From Somniosus microcephalus (taxonomy: Eukaryota), in NCBI GenBank assembly GCA_052327205.1, contig CM126234.1, positions 30,690,001-30,754,000 on the forward strand: DNA of 64,000 nt, written 5' to 3'. Positions within the stretch are counted from its first letter, which is position 1, and each line of letters opens with the position of its first letter. Shown here piece by piece: positions 29,220-64,000 of the stretch. The position numbers and the translations under genes were made by a program. The notes below the pieces were generated by a model, which saw only the letters and a program-made list of their open reading frames with translations, was not told the DNA's origin and searched no databases.

Positions 29220-29645
29220 AGACTTGCGTGTCTGTAGCGCCTTTCACGACCACCGGACGTCCCACAGCCAATGAAGTACTTTTTGAAGTGTAGTCATTGT
29301 TGTAATGTAGGAAACCCGGCAGCCAATTCGCACGCAGCAAGCTCCCACAAACAGCAATGTGATGATGACCAGATCATCTGTTTTAGTGATGTTGATTGAG
29401 TGAGTGATAAATATCGGCCAGGGCACCGGGGAGAACTCCTGCTGCTCTTCGAAATAGTGTCGTGGGCTCTTTTGCGTCCACCTGAGAGCGCAGACGGGGG
29501 CCTCTGTTTAATGTCTCATCCGAAAGACGGATTGTGGTTTTGGTTGCTTGCTGTGCACAAATTGGCTGCTGCATTTCCTACATGACTACACTTCAAAAAG
29601 TACTTCATTGGCTGTAAAGTGCTTTGGGACATCTGGTGGTTGTGA
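29220..29645. mobile_element. DeuSINE minus copy (29220-29530) directly followed by an inverted 3' fragment (29540-29645)
   Basis: The two arms are reverse complements over gctgtgcacaaattggctgc...aagtacttcattggctgt. Confidence 0.75.
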
Positions 29646-31709
29646 CTCTTAAATGCATTGTAGTTTACACTGCAGCAGATATAGCGCAGATACAACGTGG
29701 CTGTGTTTGCGCAGGCTGTCGCAAGAACTATTTATGCCTCCAACCATAACCACAGTTGATGTTAATTTGGGGGTGGCTGGGGGAGCTGTATTTAAAAATA
29801 AAAAATAAAGTAATCTTCTATAAATGTCTCCCATAGTGGAGTAACGCGATAGAACCTTGTAAGCCAAGCTGCCTTAAATAGTAGGCCACCCCTGACCATG
29901 GCCTGAAATCCACAGCTCCTGCTTGTCTCGTTTTTTAGATCGCTTTGATAAGTAATCGCTCACTGAAGTGGTCACTAGGAGCTGAGAGAAAATGGCCCAG
30001 GGTGATCTGGTTCTTGTACAAGACACTTACATTCCAATCCTACAGGAAGGGAGGAAGGATGGTGAATTTGTAAGCTATGTAATCAGTGTTATTCGGGGTA
30101 TTGGATGAATCTCTTTTTTTTTCCCTTTTTACTCCACTTTCACAGAGAACTGGGTTGGAGTTTATCATTCATCTTTAAAGTTTACAAGATGCTAAAAAAC
30201 TCATCTTTGGTCTTCTGTAACCAGTCCAAATTATATCAAGTTACACAAGCCAAACCAATCCGAATCACTGGGAGCAGTAATAGAGTTGTCAGTCATCACG
30301 GATGAAGTCAGACAGAGATGCATCAACTAACATTACTTTATTTAACAGTTATAACATGACTAATCATCACAAGCTTAAGCATTGAGAATTGCATTAACTA
30401 CTTCGCCCTATATTAATATGGAGTCTCAATCATTGTACCTCAAAATATCACAAAGCTCAGCCTTAGCTAGGTTTTGCTTAATGACGACAGTATTACAGAG
30501 TTATATTCAAGGCCCAAGAGTGCAGTATGGCTTTGCAAGGTTATGTTTACAGTTCATATTAAATGTTACTGATTTTTTCAACACTTGGCTATTCCTCCTG
30601 AAATAAGAACACATCGTACGTCCTCTTCCTTTCAGTTGTCTGGCTACAGTAGCGTGCTCTGGGATATTCCGCTTCTCCTCTGGGAATGCTTTTGGTGAGC
30701 CACCGCCTGTGGTGGTTTGTCGTCTTCGGCCGTCCTCGTCTTATCCTAGCTTAACTAACCTTGTTATCTCTCTATACTGTTTGCGCTCTGGGTTCGGAGA
30801 CTTAAGCTATTAACTAAGTTTTGATACACTTTACAAGTTTTACTTAAGTTCAATTAAACTCAACCATTCTTAATGTTCCAACTTTTACTTTTAACAACTT
30901 TTTTTGCAGAGCTACTTAAAGTTCTTTAAATTTTTTTAATGTTCTGCCCTTTCTAGGAACACTTGGAACCTTCTGAATCTTCCTGGAAACCCTCTCTCTC
31001 TCTCTCTCTTTCTGAATTAGGGGTGGGGAAAAGCATGGCTTTACACCTTCATTATTACAGGACTGAAATATTAGTGACCAAATAGAGGATTAATTCTGTA
31101 CACCTAGGTCCTTTTCAAACCCATTGTCAGATGTCACTTGGTTTGATGGGGGTCAAGTGCTGCACTTAGTTCTTGGTGCTCAGTTGGTGACCAGGGCACT
31201 GAGTCTTTGACCCCAGTTGTTCCAAAGCTGCTCTTGTGCTCAGTTGCTTCATCCACAACCTTGAGTGGTCTCATTTAGACCCAGCTGAGCAGGGACCATC
31301 TCCACTGACCTCGTAATACCTGGGTTTGAAGATCTTTTGTCTTAAGTTGGTTTTACAGAACTTCAGGACTAATTGTTTTGTTTTGCTGGATGGCTGTAGC
31401 TTGCTATAGAAATGGTTAGCTTTCCTACACTCGAGAGCAGTGCTTGTCGTCTGCTCTCAAGCACAAACTCTCTGCTGTCGCATGTTGCTGGGTGTCCAAA
31501 TTACAGCCTGCGAGCCCTGGCAATGCAATCAACGTAGCCCAGGCAAATCTATTCTATTTGCGCTTGTATTTCTTAACTTGCTGGTTTGACTAGGGCTGTT
31601 TGCACTGTTGACTTATTGGTAGCTAAATCCTTCTTCGCGCCATTGTTGAAAATTGTGCTTTTTTTTTTTGTATTGATTGATGGAAAATATCAAGCAGAAA
31701 GAATGAACG

Positions 31710-32120
31710 AGCTTGCATTTAGATAGCGCCTTTTGCGTCAATGTCCCAAAGTGCTTTACAACCAATGGGATTACTTTTTGAAGCGAGTTTCACATATGTA
31801 GGTAAATGCAGCAGCCAATTTGCGCACGGCAAGCCTCTACAAATCGCAAATGAATGAGTAGCCAGAAAATGCATCATTGGTGGTGCTGGTTAGAAGAGCA
31901 ATGGTGGCCAGGACCCTGCTCGGCGAAGAGATTTAGGTCCACCTGCGCAGGTAGACGAGTCCTCAGTTTAGCGTATTATCCACAAGATGGCATCTCCTGC
32001 AATGCAGCACTCCCTCAATACTGCTCTGAAATGTTGACCCTACATATGATGTGCTCAAGTCTGTCGTGGGGCTTGAACCCACCACCTCGGGCATGAGTAC
32101 AACTGACTGAGCCAAGCTGA
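31710..32120 (-). mobile_element. DeuSINE, diverged
   Basis: Reverse-complement match including the head (gggcttgaaccc, tgagccaag). Confidence 0.75.
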
Positions 32121-35100
32121 TGCTCGCAAAACACACCGGTGCATAACATACCCAATTAAAGGTGAGATTTTGAATATTTAACTCTGAATAGCCCAAACAT
32201 GTGAGACTTTAGTGTATAGCTACAGTAATCGCATAGTCCCAGGTCTCCATTGCAACCTAGTCAACTGAGAGGACTTGAGCACAAACTCTTCACCAAGTGA
32301 AAATGTAATTAAGTAGTGCAGAGACTCTGAACAATTGGATTGCGGAGACTTTACTTGTGGTCTTATTCAGATGATAACATGGAATGTAGGCGAGGGAGCA
32401 AACAAATCAAACCATTTCTCTACTACCGGTTCATCAAAGCTCTTTCTATGGCACAAAGTGCTGGTTGCTGTACAGTTGCCTTTTGAAGCATAAAGCTTGA
32501 GATATAGTTTGGTGTTTTTTTAATGCATCCATTTCAATTGTCATTTCTTATACAAAAATGAAAAATATTTGTATCTTTTTCTTTCTCCCCCGCACCTCCC
32601 CCCCCCCCCCCCCCCACACCCCCTGAATGAAGTTGTGCTGCCCTGCTATAATTTAGGGCTGCCATGGTTTATTGGGCTCCTTTTGGAAAGTTTGCTATTG
32701 GGACCCCAATCAGCTTGCTGTTTATAGATGCTCCCTAATATCCTCTTTACAGGTCCAGTGCTATCGGATTAAGACTAAAGTCAAACCTTACTACTTGAAT
32801 GGATTTCTATTGCAGTATGAAAATGTAACGGTTCTGCTACTTTCCTAACACTCAAGTATATGACACCTGTGCTGGCTGCTTGGCCACTCATGTTCACCTT
32901 GGTAATGTAGATAACAATCATATCTACAGCTTCTTTCTCTCTCCTACCCCATCTTCAATGATCTGAGTCATCGGGGTTGAAATTCCTTTAGGCCTGTGTT
33001 CAGGCCTGAAATGGGTACTGTGCACGTCCCAAGTGGGAGACCTCTACGTTGGGACTCTGGCCTCATTAATATTATTTGCCTCCCGGGCAACTCGCCCCTT
33101 AAGAAAATGAATATCTGGTAGTGTTCTGGGGGCAGGTCCTGGGAGGGAAGGGTGGAAGTGGTGGAGTGGCAATGAAGGTGGGGCCGATCAGGATATTGTG
33201 GAGTCGGGGCAGTCCTCCTGGCTCCACAGCAACAATTCTTTCTTAAACGTACCCGCCACCGAAGAATCCGGAGTAGAGCAGGCTTGGTGCCGTCTCCAGT
33301 CATCCCTGTCCAATTTTGGTAGGACCTAAAACCAGCATTGGGCCCCTCATTTACATATGTAAGGGGCCTGACTCCTGTTTTAGGCGGTCATCAAACCTGA
33401 TTTATCTCCAGATGATGGGTTTTATTTTGAAGGTGCACCCACTTAATTTGTGGAGTCAATTTGACTGACATGTATCGCACCTTTTTTGATGAGCTTTTTT
33501 ACATTTGTTCATGAACACAATTCTGTGAAAATATGGACACCCAAAAAATTTAATTACTTTTCCACAGGGATTGTGGGATACCAATGAAGAGCCAGCACCT
33601 CAGCTTAAAGCAGTTTTAAACCAGCCTGGGGTTAGCAGTGGCTGTTTGGCAATTTTCTGGAATGAATAAACAGACTGCATTTCTTTTTAAACATCTGTAT
33701 AGGGCTAGAGAGAACGCAGGGGACAGTGCCATTAGTATTGATTGATCAGAGGCAGCACAGACATGATGGGCTGAATGTCACTCTTGCGCATAGAGCCAAA
33801 GGTTCACAGCACCCGAGAAGTCATTTGTGTTGGTGCAGATCATTTTGAAATGAACTGTATCACTGGCTTTGCCAAAATAACAGCTACTTGTATTTATACA
33901 GCATCTTTTTAACATAAAAAAACATCCCAAGGCGCTTCACTGGAGCGTTATTGGACAAAAATGGAACACCGAAACAGATATTAGAGGGGGTAACCAAAAT
34001 CTTGGTCAGAGGCAAGTCTTAATTGGAAGAGAGGGATGTGCTGGCCCTATCCTGGCTGACTTTCCCAACCTGGCCACTCCGAATGCCAAGGGTACAGAGG
34101 CCTACTCTAGTACCCCACCCACCATCCACCCAAGAGCTGCTTACTTAGCCCAGATCAGGGCTTGATGCTGGGACGGAGTACAGCTGAAGTGTGCATTTTG
34201 AGTTATGGGTATACTGGTTCGTTCCACCTAAGGCTGTTTCCACAAAACGAGTTGGTAGACCGAGCTGGCACCGTCACTCCCACATGGCTGTTTCAGTGTT
34301 GCGCATTAAATGACCAGCTTCTCACCTTGTCCAGCACTTCTGGAGGAGTGCACCTGCTCAGAACAGGTCCTGGACTGATCCGCTTGGATCCAACTTTAAC
34401 CATCCCACTCTGCTATAGTCTGTGGTTTAGGTTTGAAGAACTTCATTCTGTTAACAGTGGTAGGTGTATGTGGCAGCAACTGTTTGCGAAATGGATGACC
34501 AAATGCTTAATCGAAGAAAACACAACTGCACACGTCACTGCCATAGTAAGAGCTTTTACATTAGTGCAAGAAGTTGGTTACTGGCACATTTTACAATGTC
34601 GAAGAACAAAAATCATTTGTAAAATAGTGGAATCCTTTCTCGATTCCTCACATTCACATCAAGGATGTTTAAATAAAATATTAGTCATAATTTCTGCAAT
34701 CTTCCATGAAGAGGATACAGTATATCCAGTAACCATGGGATGTAAACAACAGCAGCATTAATACATTGAAACCCGTATACTAATAAATCCTTACAATGCT
34801 TCATACACATCTAGTACCAAGTATATCCTTCACGGAAAGCAGTAATACAAGGCACTTTCCTCAGTCGGGTGCACTTAATGGTTACTGAACAGAACTCGGT
34901 CTCCCTTCTATGCTCTTGAGATCCCAGTCATGTATTTAGGGTTGCTGTATTTTGCCAAATCCAAAACTATAGCGGGATTGTGGCTTGAGTTTGAGGTTTG
35001 CTACGCTGCTGAGGAATATCCATCACAAACCTTAATGACCTCTAATTATTTCCACAGCGTGACACCACTGTAAGCAGGAAATATTGCTCTTTTCATTCTT

Positions 35101-38100
35101 TTTGCACCCAGGTTTCCCGCTTGGTGTTCTTTTAACATCAGTGGTAGCCCAAGAGGTTAGCGCCAGTGTTAAAATAATTCTGATCAAAAATTCTGGGCTT
35201 GCTGGAATCCGATTTATACTTTAATAATTTCTAGACACCTGGTTCCAAACTGGACAGGTGGCAACCCTACAGTGAACCAGAGTCATTTATTCTCTGGGTA
35301 TGAAAGGACTGTCCCAATCCCAGAATACTGACTATTTCACAGCTGTGATTTGAATAAAGAATGATATAAACCCTCTCTGCCCACTTTAAATCAAACACCA
35401 GCAATAACTGGCATACTGTGCCAAGTGATGCTGTGGCCCATCCTGTATCCCAGTTTATGAACTCGCAGATACCATGATGCTGATAAAAGAATAGTGCATT
35501 GGTGAGCGATCCTATATAATTTAACCTGTCCTCCCCTTGTATTCCACCCCCCCCCCCCCCACCCAAAGGATTTGCTTTTGGACTGATGTACTGTTTTGCC
35601 CCTCCCTTATCTTCTGCCCATATCCACCTGTTTACAGAGGAGCTCTTTCCTTCTGGTACTTCTCTGCAGCGAGTCCCGTGCTCACGTTCTTCTCTGATCC
35701 TACTGTACACACATTAGTCACTGAACCAGGCAAACTGCAAGTAAAACTGCCCGGGGGTTCTACTGGTTTCAGTAGGAGTGAAGAGCCAAGTGTGTGATTG
35801 TAATTCAGTTCCTGCCTTGTGACAGGCTGGCAAGACTCTGCAGTCCCACTCTGAGCGTGACATTGTGCACATTAGTGGCAATGGACAGCGTTTCTCATTC
35901 AGTCTGAAATATCTTTCCACAACCAACGTTTCCTTTAAACTGCACCGGGCTTCTGCGTTGCTGGATTGCCAGCTTTCAATGGAAAATCCACGTGTGTGCA
36001 GTATTTTGAATGGCGCGCAGCTAAAAAAAATTAAGAGGGAACAGTGTCTACAACTGCCAGCGAAGCACTTTCCTTGAGGAAGCTCCTTAGCGTTTGTATT
36101 TTGTGGTGGGAGGGAGGTGGTGGTGGTAACAGCATACAGTATTAAGCCCCTTTAATCATGTCTCCTCGCCTCTCCTGAAGGCACTGGCACATACTGGGGT
36201 GCAGTTCACCAGGTGCGGACACACCTCCAATCCCTCAGCCAAGTGGCCATGTCCGAGCCTAAGATGGTGAGTGGCAGCAGGATATTCAACCGTGGAAGCG
36301 CCATAACTCAACCTGATTTTTGTCCTCGCGCAACATCCGGGTGAGGCAACTTTCCCCTGGGGTCAATGGATAGTGACCTGGGGTGGGATCACCCCCCGCC
36401 CCCTCTCTCTCTCTCTCTCTCTAATGCAGGGCTAGTGAGAAAAATTGCTGCACCCTCAACTATTGCTTCAGTTAACTCGACACAGACCAGGGCTCAATCC
36501 CGGGAGCCTTCCTAGTGTGTGTCTGAGCACCACACTGGGCTGTTACCAGACGGACAATGTCTCGGAGACGTTCATTCAGAGTGGGATTGAATAAAATCTT
36601 GAGAACCCATGAGTAAGTGGTCACTTTCTGGAGTGCACATGCGTGACCTTTTAAGGACAAGTCAATACTAATAAAATGGGCTTTTGTTCTATTTCCAGCC
36701 TGGCTGATATCACTATCGATGTGGTCAGTTTCAACTGTTGATTTGGGCTTGTCCTGCAGCTTCTGAACCGAGTTCCTATGAAGTACTTTGGAATGGGAGA
36801 AGTCCCATTTTACTCGTCACATTTCTGCAATTATATGGATCTTTACAGCTTCTAGGTTTCATTTCACAAAAATGATTCCTGGTCGGTCTATGATTGGTTT
36901 ACATCCCACATTCCCTGAAATTTCCAGGCTTATGGTCCACATCATTCTTTGGTTTTAGGAGGGGCACCTTCTCCTCGCTTAGACCCTGACGCACTCCGCA
37001 GGGCGGGCGGGGTGGACTATGTCTGTAGGAATCAGTTATTTCATCATCTTCATGGTGCACAGGATGGATCACTGCATCACACTGTCGAACAGGAGAATTC
37101 TGGCGCAGAGAGGAATGTAGCATGCAGGGATCCTTTGCATAACTGAAGTTGCGCTCAAGTCTTGCTTCCATGTAATGAGGAGGACCAAGAGTTGAATTCT
37201 TCTCCTCAAGGTACATATTTGTCCCATAAGTACCACCATGCCATTGCTAAGTACAGAATCAGTACTCTTAAGTATGTGCTGTGCAAATTCAAGTCTAATT
37301 CAGAGAGGCGCTACATGCCTGGTAGTTCTATGCTTTGGTGAACCTATCACTACTGGCATACGGGTTGTGGCTGGACTTAAGCCAACACACAACAGCATTC
37401 AACGAAACAAGTGACCTAGCAGGCTGGATGTGCTTTACTTTAGGAAGGCCACATTCCTTCAATAAAAGAATTCTGGAATAGGTTTGTCATTCATCTGCTG
37501 TCCAGGGTTTATGACCTTGGTATCTCCTCCCCTGCCCCCACCCCCAATTTTTTAAAAATATAGATCATATCTGCATATTATTAATCTGCTTTAAACAGTT
37601 GCGAGAAACATTCTGCCCCACAGACCTCTCCACCGTCTGGTCACTCCTTGGCTGACTCACGGAGATGCCCACTCGATTGGCACGGGAAGGACACCTGCAG
37701 CCACAGGTGCTGCAACCCATTCTCTGCGGCAAGCTCGCCTGCAGGTACGAGTTTGAATTAGATTCCAAGCCAAGCGGCGAGCAACGCTGGGTGCGTTTCT
37801 AGATTTTTAATCTAGCTGAGCCACTTAATAACATCAGGGGGAGAGCGAAGGGCGAGCAAACGTCCCTAAATCCAGGCAGATCCCACATACCACTAAGGCC
37901 AATGGGCTGTACAGTACTGAAGAGCCACGTTTCAGATTTCAAACCCCATCATACTACAATAGTGACTAGTTTTCATATCCCTCTTCCGTCCAGTTAATTT
38001 AACAGCAAGACTGAACTTCATAAACGGAGTTCATACTGTGCATTTTCTTGCTGAGCCTGAACCTCAGTGAGTCACTCCTGAACCCTCTTGACCTGCTAAC

Positions 38101-39002
38101 AGAGACCCGTGGGCAAAGTTCAGGTTTTTCAGATTTAAAAACCTCGTTTATAGATAACAGGTGTTGAAGCTGACACCGAGAAAGGTCTCAAGTAGCTGGT
38201 TTTGCTGTAACAAGTCACTGATGGAGCTCCAACCATAGGATTTATCTGGTAAACAACTCCCTGATCACAATCCTTCCAAACCTGCTCTCCCCGCTGCAGC
38301 AGCTAATCTGTTTACCGTTCATCTATGTGCGAGAGACTAGCCATTTAGAAATAGGAGCTCTTTAATCTTCCTATGACACTGACTAATTTTTCCCCTATTT
38401 TAATTGGTGACTAAAAGTTCCTATGACAACTGTCTTAGTGTTGTGAATGTAATCCAGTATTATACCAAGTGGTACTGCAGCATATGTATATCTACCCTTA
38501 AGGAAAATTCAGCACGGTTAACACTTCATATGCCAATTCTTAACAGGACTAGAAGAGACGCAAATATAGCACTAATCCTGTAAAGTAAACGGCGAATAAT
38601 CTAAATGAGATGGACTGAGTGCATTCATATTTTGAGACCCTTTTCTGGTTTTTTGCCTTCAAACACTGAACTTAGGCTGCAAGGGGGAGATAAAATTGCC
38701 TCTATTTTATAATTCTGCAATTGACTTAAGACGCTCGGCTCTTCCAGGAGACACGAGCCCATTGTATATGGCTAAGATATTGGAGCTGATTCTAGTGCCA
38801 GGTCATTTGAAAATCTTCGAAAATCCTTTTTGGAATATTGAGCTATTACTACTACAGTATCGATAGTATGCACAGGACGAGTTGAAGCATGATAATTAAA
38901 CCGCGTATATAAAGTGCTCTCGGGGAGGGGCAGGGGAGGTTCAGCTCGTGTTGATAGAGAGGCGTCCCAGAATTCTTTGGTACCGGTTGCGGCGGAGGAT
39001 TG

Positions 39003-63936
<24,934 letters not shown>

Positions 63937-64000
63937 CTGAAACAGGAGCAGGAAAGGCTGGGTCACCACACACCCAAATGGAAATCTCTGGCTCTCTCTC

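Noticed and set aside
34162-34761. 199-aa ORF
   Set aside because: Non-ATG start and no recognisable homology; it lies in intergenic or UTR-like sequence.

Overview
Vertebrate genomic DNA, most likely from a cartilaginous fish: the repeat content includes shark-type DeuSINE/SacSINE1-like SINEs plus CR1, L2, RTE and Penelope elements. The window holds two convergent multi-exon genes. (1) The 3' part of LIMA1/EPLIN lies on the + strand, with coding exons from 10025 to 25110, a LIM domain and a long last exon; its 5' exons lie upstream of the window. (2) The 3' three-quarters of a SPAK/OSR1-family Ste20 kinase (STK39-like) lies on the - strand, with coding exons from 63936 to 39003 covering the kinase domain, S-motif, WEWS motif and CCT domain. 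Mammals have no such kinase next to LIMA1, so this looks like a third STK39/OXSR1 ohnolog retained in this lineage. The introns contain Penelope-associated minimal hammerhead ribozyme motifs, SINE-internal 33-bp arrays, a solo LTR, MITEs carrying RFX-like boxes, minisatellites and a 183-N assembly gap. Most ORFs in the supplied track are spurious.
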